Below are positions 29,161 through 43,497 of a DNA stretch of 64,000 nt, piece after piece. Location of the stretch: NCBI GenBank assembly GCA_951406725.2, contig OX597830.1, forward strand, positions 72,416,001 through 72,480,000, written 5' to 3'. This DNA is from Octopus vulgaris (taxonomy: Eukaryota). The translations under genes and the position numbers were made by a program. The notes below the pieces were generated by a model that saw only the letters and a program-made list of their open reading frames with translations, was not told the origin of the DNA and searched no databases. How positions within the stretch are numbered: position 1 is the first letter of the stretch; every line of letters starts with the position of its first letter.

Positions 29161-29323
29161 AGCACGGCGTTTTGTCAGTGAACAGGTCGCGGTCTCAAAG
29201 CGATGAAAATATTTTGACGAATTAAATTGAAATGTTGAAGTGAATCTAATAGTTTTGTGTTTCTTAAATGGCTTATAAACACCTTTCACGCTGCAATTGT
29301 TTATCTATCTATCTATCTATCTA

Positions 29324-29466
<143 letters not shown>

Positions 29467-29777
29467 TGACGGGAAGGTTTACGAAAATAAACAAAAGACG
29501 AAGGCAGGTGGAGAACAAACAAACAAATGTATGTATGTATAGCGTATGTATGTATGTATGTATGTATGTATGTATGTATGTATGTATGTATGTGTGTATG
29601 TATGTATGTATGTATGTATGTATGTATGTATGTATGTATGTATGTATGGATGGATGGATGTATGCATGCATTCATGAATGTATGTATGTATGAATGTTTG
29701 TCATTGCAGTGCATATGTCTGTACGTATGTATGTATGTGCCAATGTATGAATTGCATGCCTGCGTGTATGTATACCC

Positions 29778-29809
<32 letters not shown>

Positions 29810-30009
29810 AATTGCATGCATGTATGTATATAAGTAGTATGTATGTTTGTATATATGTATGTATGTATGAATGTATGTATGTATGTATGTATGTATATAT
29901 GTATGTATGTTTGTATGTGTGTATGTATGTATGTGTGCAGATTTGTATGTTTTGTTTTGTGTATGCACTCTCATACATACAGTTGCATATCTAGACATGC
30001 TCATGTATA

Positions 30010-30178
30010 TTTAAGTGATAAACTACTGGAAATTTTATAAGTTTTTACAGCTTCGGTGATAGATTGGTTTCAGTAGTCTTCGAATTAGCGTTCCCCTTTC
30101 CGGTTTTGAGAAGTCTAAGTTCTCAAGGTTGGTATTTTGGCGGTGTGTTACATATCCCAGGGCCACAATAATTACAGA
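30010..30178 (-). mobile_element. 3' fragment of the same RLE family as 20398
   Basis: SVIIVALGYVTHRQNTNLENLDFSKPERGTLIRRL aligns by eye with IPIQIGALGFVSKCLNVNLDKLGFSKREIDRLIVEL. Confidence 0.75.
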
Positions 30179-30614
30179 TGTATGTATGTATGTATGTATG
30201 TATGTATGTATGTATGTATGTATGTATGTATGTATGTATGTATGTGTGTATATATGTATGTATGTATGTATGTATGCATGTATGTATGCATGCATGTATG
30301 TATGTATGTATGTATGTATGTATGTATGTATGTGTGTATGTATGTATGTATGTATGCATGCATGCATGCATGTCTGTACGTATGTATGTATGTATGTATG
30401 AATTGCATGCCTGCGTGTATGTATATATATATGTATGTATGTATGTATGTATGAATTGCATGCATGTATGTATATAAGTATGTATGTATGTGTGTATATA
30501 TGTATGTATGTATGAATGTATGTATGTATGTATGTATGTATGTATGTATGTATGTATGTATGTATGTATGTATGGATGGATGGATGAATGGATGGATGGA
30601 TAGATGGATGGTTG

Positions 30615-31292
30615 TTCCCTTTTTTCTTTTACTTTAGAAGAAATTCAGTCCGACCACCTGCCTGGCAGAAAGGTGGCGAAGGAAAGCATCATAGTTCGTT
30701 CATGTCATAAATCCTAAGAAAGTCTTGCAGATTCTTTATAGTCCCCGTTATCGAGATTTTTTTGGATTGTATAAATTAAAGATTTGCATTCTCTCCCCGT
30801 GAACCCAGGTTAGCCATACTTTGCACCAGATGAGCTGATATGTTCCTGTTGCTCCAATAATAACAGGCATGAGACTGAATGTGTATTTTGGATATTAGAT
30901 TTGCAAACTCCTTATCAACAGTTCATAGATGTTCTTCTCTAAGAGTTTTCTAACCACTTTGGTATCCAGAAGGCAGCAGATTTCCGCAACAGAACATATC
31001 TTTCCTTGTGGCTCCGGGCAATAATAATATCTGGCCGGTTGTGATTTAAGTTGGTGGCTATTATAATTTTTCAGTTTCACCAATATTCTTGTAACCAATC
31101 GGTGTCAATATAGTTAACTTCATATGTACGTGTTTTATTTTCTGCTGACTGATTCCAGACTGTTCTAGCCACTGCTTAATGCCTCATGAGAAGATAATAT
31201 CTGGCAGTTGACAAAAATCTCACTCTTGCCCTTCCATAGATTACGTTTGTTGTCTTTCAATGTTTCATAACTTTTGTTTTGTAGGTACATGG
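30615..31292 (-). mobile_element. Longer 3' fragment of the same RLE family (Zn-knuckle remnant plus endonuclease)
   Basis: VPTK, KDNKRNLWK, STARYYLLMRH*AVARTVWN, NHNRPDIII, AEICCLLD, IYELLIRSLQI*YPKYTFSLMPVIIGATG, IQKISITGTIK. Confidence 0.8.
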
Positions 31293-31784
31293 TGTATGTA
31301 TGTTTGTGTGTGTGTATGTATGTATGTATGTATGTATGTATGTATGTATGTATGTATGTATGTATGTATGAATGTATGGATGGATGGATGGATGGATGTA
31401 TGGATGGATGGACGGATGAATGGATGTGTATATGTATGTATGCTAGTTTGTACGTATGTACGTATGTATGCGAACATGCAATTGTGCCAAAGGAACGGGT
31501 GGGTAATGCTCAATATATTTTATAGAGCTGATGTTATATCAAAACACTTACCTTGTGACTTAAGTTATAAACTATTGAGATTTGTATGTCAGTGCTATAA
31601 GCGGCATTCAGTTTCAATTGTGTGTGTATGTGTGTGTGTGAGCCTGCGTGTTAGAAAGAAATTGAGAGAAAGTAAAGGAAAGAAAGAAAGAACGTGCGCG
31701 TGTGTCCATGTGTGCATCCGTTTGTGCAAATGAAAATGTTGACATAGGCAATTGTAGATATGTCCTTATAAATAAATGCATATA

Positions 31785-31971
<187 letters not shown>

Positions 31972-32549
31972 AACTATTATGTGTTTAATACAATTGCATT
32001 TACATAGTTATTTACTTTATTGACATAACTATTTATCTAACTATTTACAACCAATATGCACAGCAACACTTATTCCTCCATAGAAGCAAAGTCTTAATTA
32101 CATTTCTACACACACAGACACATATATAAATATATTAAGACGTTTAGATATGATATATGCTTCTGTCTGCTAATAAATTATTCAATTAAGTAATTATATA
32201 TCAAACACAGAAACTCCTCTATACACGCCTATGTATTTTAATGTTTATATATATATGTGTGTATGTGTGTGCGTATGTTTGTCTCTGTGTTTGCCTGTAT
32301 GTGCGTATGTCTATGCATATGCATACGTACATATATATGTATATATATATATATACACACACACGCACTTATATATATGAACACAGATATGCAAGTATGA
32401 TTCGATGTATGAGTGGCTTTATATGTATATGTATGTGTGTATGTAGTTATATATATATATATAAATATATATATATAACACAAATACACACACACGCACG
32501 TGTATGTATATATAAATAAATATATACATATATTTATACATATACTTAC

Positions 32550-32590
<41 letters not shown>

Positions 32591-33235
32591 GAACACACAT
32601 TCATATCAAACACTGCATATTTTCCAATTTCATATATTTATATAAATTTAGAAGATAATAGATTTAGTAGTTTGTCGAGTTCAAATATTAATTTCCCAAG
32701 ATGCATGTCAACATTTCAGCGTCACGTGACCTTACTTTCAGAATTTAGAGCGAGAGGTAATGCTGCCGTTACGAGAAAGAGTATGTGAGAAGGGGAGATT
32801 ATGAAGATTGAGAGAATGATGGAGAAAGAAAGCGAGTGATCAAGGTGTAGAAGAGAGAGGGAGAAGGGGAAAGAGAGAGAAAGAGAGAGCGGGATTTAGA
32901 GCGAGAGAGAGAGAGAAAGAGATTTGTTCTCTATCTCTGGTGAACAATAAAATTCTGCGTAAGGAAGTACCATCATTAAATTACACAAACACACACACAC
33001 ACACACACACGTATACATATGCGCAAGCAATTGCCGTCTCTTTAACACAAAGTCATACACATGCGCTCACATGCACGCCCACGCACACACACATAGATAA
33101 CACACATATACAGGCCACAAACCACACGCACAGACACAAAATGCCCCACATACACAGAACTAAGCAGGCGCATAGTCGCATTCCCGAGTGATATTAAAGC
33201 GAACTAATGTATACAATGAACGAAACTATATACAC

Positions 33236-33304
<69 letters not shown>

Positions 33305-33889
33305 AACTGGGACATGAACGCATAACATTTAGAAGACGATACAAAAAACACGGACGGGACATTCGAAGCCTTCAATCTTCAGTTAAGAACCGGATCATCC
33401 TCGCAATTTCGGCTGATTTATCTTGAGATTGCTCCAATATGGCCAGCCCCAAGGAAAAACTAAGCTAAGCGCATTAGATTCCTTGGAAAAAAGTTTCGAA
33501 TGTATACGAAACAAGGACGGAAAACGGACGATGTTACACGAATATGAATACAAAAATAATACGTAAAAAGAACAACAACAATAATAATAACAATAACTGG
33601 CCATCACAACAGGCGTCTTTCGACTGAGACGTATTAAACTCGGCTGGCGTGTTAGGAATGTGCCTTGGGGAAGAGAAACAATTTTGATGTTACCACGACC
33701 GCTGGTCAGTAGTCTGTCAGTCAGTCACGCGTGAAGAGAAGAGAGAGGAAAAGAGGAACAGAGGTTATTAAGGAGGGGTAGAAGAAAGAGAAAAAGAGAA
33801 ACAAGGATTTAAAGAAGAGGAGAAGAGAGGGAGAGCGAGAAAAAGAGACAGGGAAAAAGTGAAGTGCACATATATATTTCAATATATGA

Positions 33890-34155
33890 CCGCGTGTGTA
33901 TCGTTGGCGATTTTCTTCCTTCGTTTTCCCTTCTTCGGACTTTTAATATATTTCTGACGAAGAGCTCCGCTCGAAACGTGAAATCTCCTTTCTTTTCTTC
34001 TTCCTTTTCCTGAGCATCCAAATAACTATTTCTTTACTTTTATCTATTTCTTTACTTGAGCATCCAATAACGCTGTACTTATTCCACGTCATCGCGTTGT
34101 TTTTTTTTGTTTTCTTTTTTTTTTTTTATCTTGCTTATGCATGTTTGGATTAACT
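33890..34155 (+). mobile_element. Small-HHR module, subfamily 1 (HHR 33950-33984)
   Basis: AUUU-CUGACGA-A-GAGC-UCC-GCUC-GAAA-CG-UG-AAAU; G at position 17 predicts inactivity. Confidence 0.7.
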
Positions 34156-34365
34156 ATAAGAATTAACAGACTGACCCAAGGTCCGAAAGTTTCGTGCGCT
34201 GGCTCTTATCAAACTAGATATAGGTAGACTAGCTTCATATCTAGCAACCTTCGAAATTCTGGGACATTCTGTCAATCTGTTACGTCTGCCAAATATTAAT
34301 AAATATATGCATATACACATATTTTTGAGTTCTATTTTTCTATTTTACGTGTTTGCATCGACATA

Positions 34366-34451
<86 letters not shown>

Positions 34452-34456
<5 letters not shown>

Positions 34457-34762
34457 CATGACTTCCGTGACCGACCAGGCTATCAGATGTTGCTACACAT
34501 CGCTGGTCACAATGCACTTCGCATTGTTTTAGCCTTCAAATGACGCCACCCCGCTGGCTAATCGAGCAGGCCAACAGAAGAAAGAGTGAGTGAAAGTTGT
34601 GGCGAAAGTGTACAGCAGGGATCGCCACTACCCCTGCCGGAGCCCCGTGGAGCTTTCGGTGCTTTCGCTCATAAACACTCACAACGCCCGGTAGGGGAAT
34701 CGAAACCGCGATCCTACGACCGCGAGTCCGCTGCCCTAACCACTGGGCCATTGCGCCTCCAC
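34452..34762 (-). mobile_element. SINE family B (tRNA-derived, OR1-like); a partial 3' copy lies at ~15090-15210
   Basis: Reverse complement begins ggaggcgcaatggcccagtggttagggcagcggactcgcggtcgtaggatcgcggtttcgattccc. Confidence 0.85.
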
Positions 34763-34808
<46 letters not shown>

Positions 34809-34904
34809 ATAAACTTTAAACATTTAAAATCATGCAGCTTCAAAGTTGCGGTCATGCTGGGGCACCACCATTGACTGTGCTACATCATTATTGGAAACCT
34901 CCTC

Positions 34905-35737
34905 TGAAACGTGGTATTTAGTCAATGTATGAGGACGTGCATTGTCGTGGACCAAAATTGGACCATCTCTGTTCACTAGTCTGGGTTGCTTCTTTCTCAA
35001 ATTCTCATGTATGCAATCAATTTTCTGGCAATACGATGTTGCTGTCGCCGTTTTTCCTTCTTGCTAAATTGAATAATGAATAACTCCCTTCGCAGAGAAC
35101 CATGCAGTGACCACTAATTTTCTAGGGAGCAATGGTGCGTTTGGGTAGTGTTTAGGTAACTCATTGTCAAACAGTATCCATTTCTCATCACAAATAATGA
35201 TTTGATACAAAATTGGTCTTTTCCTGTCGAGAAAGCAATGAGGAGCACACTTCGAGACGTCTGTGTTTTTGAATCTCGTTCAGATGATGTGGGACAAACG
35301 TATCCGTTTTCTTCACTTTTTCAATTTCTTACAGGTATCCAAAAATAGCTGTGCGAAATGTTTCGCGTCCTGATGTAAGTTTTCGAATCTTTGTTCTCGG
35401 ATTTTCTTCAAGCAAAGCATTTAATCCATCATGTCGAATTACTGATTTTGGCCTAACTTTTGGCTTATTTTCAAGGCTATTATCTCCTGAACGAGAGCTT
35501 TTGAACTATCTCTGAACAGTTCTGATATCAACAATACCATTACCAAAGGTCCGCCTGGTATTGTACTCATACGAGGAAAACACTCAACATAATTTCGTTG
35601 TTATCATTTTCATAAGGTCTGTGGGTGCGAATCTTGTATACCAATATTGCTGAGAAAGAAAAAGGTGTCAAAATTACATGCAAGGTATTCAATTTTTAAA
35701 TAATTAAAAGTACGACATTTCACGTGAAACAAACTAA
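34905..35737 (-). pseudogene. Decayed mariner (DD34D-type) transposase
   Basis: KVKKTDTFVPHHLNEIQKHRRLEVCSSLLSR (WVPHEL-like), QIIICDEKWILFDN, KLVVTAWFSAKGVIHYS, LRKKQPRLVNRDGPILVHDNARPH. Confidence 0.85.
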
Positions 35738-35782
35738 CACACACACACATACATATATATACTTATAATTACAGAGTTGAAT

Positions 35783-35817
<35 letters not shown>

Positions 35818-36249
35818 TAAATAGTGTTAGATAGGGAATAGTGATACACAGATACTAAAACGGATAGATGGATGGAATAGATAGATAGATAGACAGATAG
35901 GTAGGTAGGAAAGTAGATAGATAGATAGATAGATAGATACCTGCATGCTTACATGCATACATGCATACATACATACGTGCTTATTAATGCATATGCAAGG
36001 AAATAAATACAACACAAAACACATTTGTATGTTTCCCTGGATAGTTCATTGTGCGCGCTAAGGATGTGTGCCCAGCAAAATGCGATATGTTGTGTTCCTT
36101 CCACAAAAGGAGTCGTATATATATATATATATATATATATAACACAACGAGATTATCAGATTCTTTTAAACACCCGTGGTTATAACATGTAACATTCCAT
36201 GGCACTTCTAATTATGCTTTGATTGCGTCATTGTTTTCTATCTGGACAC

Positions 36250-36790
36250 AAATTGCTTAAGCAAACCGTCCCCTCTTCGTCGTAGAGGTCTTCCAAGAGG
36301 CCGTTTCCGATCTCTTGGATACTTACACGGGTCCACAAGCTGTCTGTATACCTTGCGACATATCCGACCCAGTGAACCTTCTGGATTTTATTCTCTGAAA
36401 TTACATCCTCACTCCGCCCTTTTCTCGAATTATATCATTTTGATTATTCATTCGCAATATTTCCTGAATGTAGCATTCCATGGCACTTTACGTCGTAACC
36501 AATTGATGGTCTATCCTCTCAGTAGTAGCCCACGACTAGCGTGCGTATAAAAGCACAGTTAGGACGGGCACACATGGTACTCTCTACTTAATAAAGAAAT
36601 AACATGGTACTCTCTACTTTTCTTTTGAGCACATCCTTTATTCTGTTTAATGCCATCCATTCTGCACTAGTTCGCTTTGAGAATTCAGCATCCATATCAC
36701 AGCGCATATTCGCTGCGTGCCCTAAGTGACCGTATATCTTTACCCCCTCGACGTATATTCGACTTTGTGCTATCTCTTCCAATCGCATAT
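36250..36790 (-). pseudogene. 3' fragment of an RTE-clade LINE
   Basis: VEGVKIYGHLGHAANMRCDMDAEFSKRTSAEWMALNRIKDVL and WVGYVARYTDSLWT...YPRDRKRPLGRPLRRRGD. Confidence 0.7.
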
Positions 36791-36839
36791 ATAAATACAC
36801 ACACACACGCACACACATAATATAGATATATATGTAAAT

Positions 36840-37210
36840 CTTCTTTTATTCCGTGACTTATTTCAGTCATTTCACTGCGGCCACGCTTGTACACCGCCTG
36901 GAAGGGCTTTAGCTGATCTTATTTTTCTTTAGCCGAGTACTAATTCGATGATATCTATTGCCGAGCCGCTAAGTTACAGAAACATAAACACATCAACACA
37001 GGTTATCAAGCAGTGATGGGAGGGACAAACACAGATGCAGAGAAACACGCAGATATATGCGATGGTCTTCTTTCAGTTTCTTTGTAATGAAGCCACCCAC
37101 AAGGTTCTGGTCTGCCCGAGGGTATAGGAGAATACAATTGAGCAAGGTGACATGCAGTGGGATTGAACACAGAATCATATGGCTGGGATACAATCTTCTT
37201 ACCACAGAGG
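36840..37210 (-). mobile_element. SINE family A (diverged)
   Basis: tttcagtcatttcactgcggccacgct (tail), ttctttcagtttc, gcagtgggattgaac (head) on the minus strand. Confidence 0.65.
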
Positions 37211-37286
37211 CATACATAAAAGTTTGCTACATATATGTGTGTGTGTGAGTGAGTGTGTGTGTTTGTGTGCGCGCGCGTGTGTGTTC

Positions 37287-37327
<41 letters not shown>

Positions 37328-37513
37328 TACATATGTATGCATGTATTAGTATATGTCTATGTATATGCGTGTATGTATAGTTAAAGTATCAGTCTATATT
37401 GTATTAATTATATGGTAAAACTAAGGTATATACAACATATACAAATGTGTATATATATATAACTATACATACTCGCACATACACAGACATATACTTATAC
37501 ATACATATGTATG

Positions 37514-37593
<80 letters not shown>

Positions 37594-37950
37594 CTCATAT
37601 ATAATATAGTAAGACATGTACGTTAAAGACTACTTCTTTTAGAAGACAGAGAAATATGCGTACAAGCTATTTGTACGCATTTATAGGTTAAGTTCACATT
37701 ATTTTACATTCAATTACCATGGCGAATTAATAAAATGTACAACTTTTTATTTATGGATATAAGGCTATACATCATTTTGTTGGTTTCTTTAACTAGATTG
37801 AGTCTCAGTATTTATCGCAGTAACAGCCTCTGCTCGTGTATGAGTACGTATATGTATATTTTATACATACATACATACATACATACATACATACATACAT
37901 ACATGCATACATACACAAATATGTATATATATAAATATATATATATATAC

Positions 37951-37983
<33 letters not shown>

Positions 37984-38789
37984 CTTGTATATATATATAT
38001 ATATATATATATATTCATATATATTTGCTTATAGTAGCAGATATACAGATACATCATACTTATACAGTTATTTTTTGTGTAAGTGCAAATGTATAATACA
38101 TGGATGCACGCTGACACAAACACACACGCAAATATATATATGCACATATATTGCACACAGAGTGAGAGAGAGAGAGAGTGAAAGAGAGAAAGAGAGAAAA
38201 CGGGTAAGAGAGAGAGAGAGAGAGAGAGTTAGAGCGAGAGAGAGAGAGCGAGAGAATTCTAGCGACAGGTTATTAGCATCGCTATGTTTCAGTGAATCCA
38301 TAATATATGTATAGGTGTGCATGCATCTCTCTCCCTCTCTTTGTTTCACTCTCCATCTCTCTCTCTCTCTCTCTTTCTATATTTATATATATCTAAACAA
38401 AAATACGCATTCGTACACATAATCAGAGATACACACGATAATTCAAATGGGATGCATTTAAATAATTGAGAATTATAGATTTGTGAACGTTTGCCTAGTT
38501 TGTAATCAGTTTCATTGAGTGCGTCTTATTTTCTATACGATATTTATTTCAACACTCCTAGGTTTCCAGCATCTAATCCAAATAGCATCCTTATGTGATC
38601 ACACAAAACTTGCGAAAATTGCGGACCCAAGTACTTATTTTTCGTTTTAAACCGGGTACTTACAGTATTGCACACTTTTAACCAACTGCTATTTTACCGA
38701 ACGTAATTAAACAGACACCGTTTAAACCATTTAGCATAAAGTCATAACCGGCGAGATTGCTTGCAGCGGGCCCTGTTCGATATGCGACA

Positions 38790-39790
38790 TTGGTAAATCA
38801 ATCACAGAACTTGAGGCGATCCAACGAAGCTACACGAAGAAGATAGCCTCTGTGCAGCATATAAGCTATTGGGAAAGACACAAGAGATTGAGACTGTATT
38901 CCTTAGAACGTAGGCGAGAAAGGTATGCCATAATATACATCTGGAAGATCCTAGAAGGATTTGTCCCAAACTTTGGCATCGAGAGTTAGGCGCAGGAGTG
39001 GCTGTGTGGTAAGTAGCTTGCTAACCAACCACATGGTTCCGGGTTCAGTCCCACTGCGTGGCATCTTGGGCAAGTGTCTTCTGCTATAGCCCAGGGCCGA
39101 CCAATGCCTTGTGAGTGGATTTGGTAGACGGAAACTGAAAGAAGTCTGTCGTATATATGTATATATATATGTGTGTGTATATGTGTTTGTGTGTCTGTGT
39201 TTGTCCCCCTAGCATTGCTTGACAACCGATGATGGTGTGTTTACGTCCTCGTCACTTAGCGGTTCGGCAAAAGAGACCGATAGAATAAGTACTGGGCTTA
39301 CAAAGAATAAGTCCTGGGGTCGATTTGCTCGACTAAAGGCGGTACTCCAGCATGGCCGCAGTCAAATGACTGAAACAAGTAAAAGAGTAAAGAGTAAAGA
39401 GTAAATGCCAGAACTGGGCGCCACTGCACAGTGCCAAGGACTCCAAATTTTCCATCAAGATGTAGGACAAGATACTGTGATAGCCTGGGCTTCCGAGGCC
39501 CACAGCTCTTCAATATCCTCTCGAAGAACCTAAGAGACCTGCATGGGGTGGATGCAGATGTCTTTAAAATAAAACTGGATCTCTTCTTGTCAGGTGTCCC
39601 AGATGAACCAACTTCACGGCAGGAGGTGCAGATGAGGGCAGCTGCATCGAACTCTCTCATGCACCAAATGGCAATTGCTAAAAAACATTCGTGAAGTAAA
39701 ATCATGTAGCAACACCAAATGGCCGTGCCCCAGCATGGTCACAGCTTGTGAGCTGAAACTAGATAAAAATAAAAAAATAAAATAAAAAAA
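38790..39790 (+). mobile_element. 3' fragment of a CR1-group LINE ORF2 with 3' UTR and A-rich tail, split by a SINE
   Basis: ITELEAIQRSYTKKIASVQHISYWERHKRLRLYSLERRRERYAIIYIWKILEGFVPN, resuming NARTGRHC...GFRGPQLFNILSKNLRD...FKIKLDLFLSGVPDEP...AASNSLMHQM. Confidence 0.85.
38989..39402 (+). mobile_element. SINE family A, full length, nested in the LINE
   Basis: ggcgcaggagtggctgtgtggtaag through ggcggtactccagcatggccgcagtcaaatgactgaaac and an (aaagagt)n tail. Confidence 0.9.
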
Positions 39791-39944
39791 TCTGTGGTTC
39801 TGAGAAGGAACCTATGTAAGTTGTCTCGCTTGACTATGATCTACTTTCAGGTGTTCTTGCACCAGGCGCATAGAAAATAGAGTCTCTTACTGCAAGGCGC
39901 GCGTAAACACACACTATATTCAAACATGTTCACTGATGCATATG

Positions 39945-40017
<73 letters not shown>

Positions 40018-40988
40018 ATATGAGGGAATATTATTCCAAACTTATAGGGATAAATTCAATTTAGAAATACTAAATCAAATTTCACAAAATATTATATATA
40101 TATAATATATATATATGCTTGTGTGTTCGTGTATCTTTTGCTATATATATATTTTTACATTTGAAAACCTTCGGTCAGTCAGACAATTCCATTCATATGT
40201 TGCCTTGCCACATCGCTTTGGAATATCCCATTCGGGTCTATTGCTTATTCTTCATATTCAACTACGAAAACCAAACCAGCATGACTCATTTATTGTTTCA
40301 AAAACCTTTTTACGGTAAAACAAACTAACAAATTATTCAATGTATCCAACGATTAAAATATTAAATTAACGTAAAGAAAAGGATGCTACAAAAGGATGCT
40401 ACAAAATAAAACTTTACTATGAAATTTTGACGTGCACTACGAATCCTACTCCAATACAATAAACCTTAAGTCATATTCGTAATCTAAATTCTGAGACTTA
40501 ATTTAGATAATTAAAATGATACCTCATCTTAAACATTAACACTAAACGCTAGCGTAAACCGTAATGTCCAACGCTTAACCGTAACGTCTAACTTTTTAAC
40601 CCTAATAAAAAAGCTAACCTAAACTCTATAAGGAAATGCTCCAGCATAGCGCAAATTCAATGTTTGAAGCGGGGGGAAAGATAAAAGATAAATACTTGAA
40701 GGAAATGCCCCAGTATGGCTGCAAAGCAATGACTAGAACACGTTATAGAATAATCTCCTGTATCCATATTGTGATTTGATATTTAAATATTGTTCATTTT
40801 TATCGTTGATTCTCCGATTACGATAAATATGCACCAGGGACATTTTTGTCATCGTTATGTTTATTGAATATTGGCAGCATTGTACCGAGTCAACAGAAAA
40901 CGATATGTGTAAGTATGCATACGTGTAATCATATACACACACATATATATATATACACATGCATTCATATATATGTACATGTATATTT

Positions 40989-41029
<41 letters not shown>

Positions 41030-41148
41030 TGTGAATGCTCTCTATATGCTTGTGTGTGTGTGGGTGCGTGGCTGTGTACGTGCGCACGCACTGACAGACA
41101 CATTTCCATATGGCCTATTATACCAAAATTACAGGTGCGTCTAAGAAG

Positions 41149-41207
<59 letters not shown>

Positions 41208-42079
41208 AACAGATATAGATAGATAAATAGATAGATAGATGGAAACGAGAGAGAAGTCATAGAGACAGATACATACGATATTATCAGGTAGCACTCATTG
41301 TGGCCTAATGAACCGTTGGTATCAATTATACGAAACGGAGATCGCCTTTCACACACATCAAAGCCGAGATACGGTTGGTGTCTCGAAACCTCATACGAAT
41401 TTTTGGCCATGACATGATTAACTGACAAGATCTTTGACTATTGTTATTTATCTAATGAGCGGAGAGCTTAGGATAATAGGGCATATTGTGAAAGATATCC
41501 GTGTATCGTTATAGATATTTAGGTTCGGATTCCAGTAAGGAAACACCCTAATTTTTGCCATTTTCGTTCTGTAAAATTTTATGTATATGTACGTATATGT
41601 GAATGTGCTCGTTTGTACGTATGTGTGTGCGTGTGTGTATGTGTGTGTGAGAGAGAGAGCTTGTTTGTGTGCGTGTATATGTATTTATATACACTAGTAT
41701 ACCCGTATTGCTAAAAATGACGGCGTTGTAAAAGTTATATGCGAATAGAAGTATAAGGAAAATACAATTTAAAAAAAAGAATTAATTACATTCACTTTAG
41801 GAAGTAGTGTTAGATGCAATGTTAAGGATTTATGCCATATTTTCTCGATTCAAGTTGAAGTTAGAATACTTGTTAGTTTGTATGTATAGAATATAGTTCA
41901 AATTGGTACATGATAGATTCCGGATCTGTTGGTTGACGCTAGTCATTATGTCTGAATATCACGCTACTGTATTCAAATATTTGTTCAATCTACATTAAAG
42001 TAAAATCAAAACGAAAATGCAACTTCCGTTAGTCTTAGAAAATTGAACGTGTTACTTTGATGACACCTTCAATTTGTGA

Positions 42080-42600
42080 AGCGCCGGTCTTAATCAACTT
42101 AATGATTTTAAAACCCAAATACGTAGTACAAACAACAAAACATCGACCACAAACAAATATAATGAAAAGGAACAACCCTTCATGTATATTTAATCATTAA
42201 AATGTCACATAGATCGAAATGATATCTGTTATACATCAACACATCCTAAATTATGATTACTCCTTGCTACTCACAACATAACTAAACAAATATACTGTTT
42301 AAGATAGCATGAAGAATATTCTCACTCGATTCGAATATTAAAATTAACTCCAAGAATGGCAGCAACAAAATATTGATAACGGATTAGATCGTTCCGAGCA
42401 ATATTGTTACAGAATTATGAAGGGCAAAATCCAAATATATCAGATGCTCTGACTTACATCAGAACAGCCAATCTTAGGATATACAGAACCATACAGTATC
42501 CATCCAAATTTCCATTTTTTAAACTAACGCAAAAAGGAAAAATGCACTTGAAACACTAAATGATCAAAAGCTAAAAAGAACCAGAATCCATAGTAATGTA
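42080..42600 (+). pseudogene. Highly decayed Penelope-like RT C-terminal region (tentative)
   Basis: CYSQHN*TNILFKIA*RIFSLDSN...IDNGL...NPNISDALTYIR resembles the PLE SCHP-H-K-NIPF-LA-RI region; many stops. Confidence 0.4.
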
Positions 42601-42720
42601 AAAAAAAAAAAAAAAATAAAAAATAAAAACTAGCAGTGCCAAATTACTCACAAGAAAATGCAGCCTCCATAACTGAGGAGCCTGCATCAACCTTAAAGTA
42701 GACACAGATTTATATCAATA

Positions 42721-43121
42721 CTAGCAGTATCGCCCGGCGTTGCTCTGGTTTGTAAGGGAAATAACTATAAAGCATTTTTAGAGAGTTATAGCCAAAAAAT
42801 AGCCAAAAAATGGAAAAAAATGATGGTAAATTTTTTTTAGAGTAAAAAAGGTGGAGTTGCGTCCCCTAGACAGTTTGCGGTTTGTGTTTCTGATTCTCGA
42901 CCCCATGTCGAATTTATCGATTTATCGATTTATCGATTTATCGATTTTCAGAACTGGGGGAACTTTTCAAAATTTTCGCTGCGTTAGTTTTGAATTATGA
43001 CATTGGGCTATGTGTGTCAAGTTTCATCAGAATCGGTTGAAAGCCGTGGTCAGGGTGAGGGTACAAGCAAACAGACACACAGAAACACGCACAGACAAAC
43101 TGCCGTTTATATATAGAGAGA
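42721..43121 (-). mobile_element. Non-autonomous Helitron with the same 3' end as 17429 and a different 5' body
   Basis: a|ctagcagtatcgcccggcgttgctctggtttgtaagggaaataactata shared with 17429; ends tttatatatagagaga|t; internal (TTTATCGA)4. Confidence 0.78.
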
Positions 43122-43190
43122 TATATTTTCAGGGTAAAACATCACATCAACTGTAAGTTAAAAAATTTATTTATGGTAGAGATCTTGATT

Positions 43191-43497
43191 GGAGGCGCAG
43201 TGGCCCACTGGTTAGGGCAGCAGTCGGAGAATCGCGGTTTCGATTCCCAGACCGGGCGCTGTGTGTGTTTATTGAGCGAAAACAACTAAAAGCTCCACGA
43301 GGCTCCGGCAGTGAGTGGTGGCGACCCCTGTTGTACTCTTTTGCCACAACTTTCTCTCACTCTCTCTTCCTGTTTCTTGAATAACGCTGTGATGGACTGG
43401 CGTCCCGTCCTGCTGGGGGGGAACACATACGCCACAGAAACCGGGAAACCGGGCCCATGAGCCTGGCTAGGGTTGAAAAGGGCAAGAAAAAAAAAAG
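43191..43497 (+). mobile_element. SINE family B with an A tail and a likely cttgatt target-site duplication
   Basis: ggaggcgcagtggcccactggttagggcagc...; cttgatt at 43184-43190 and 43502-43508. Confidence 0.85.
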
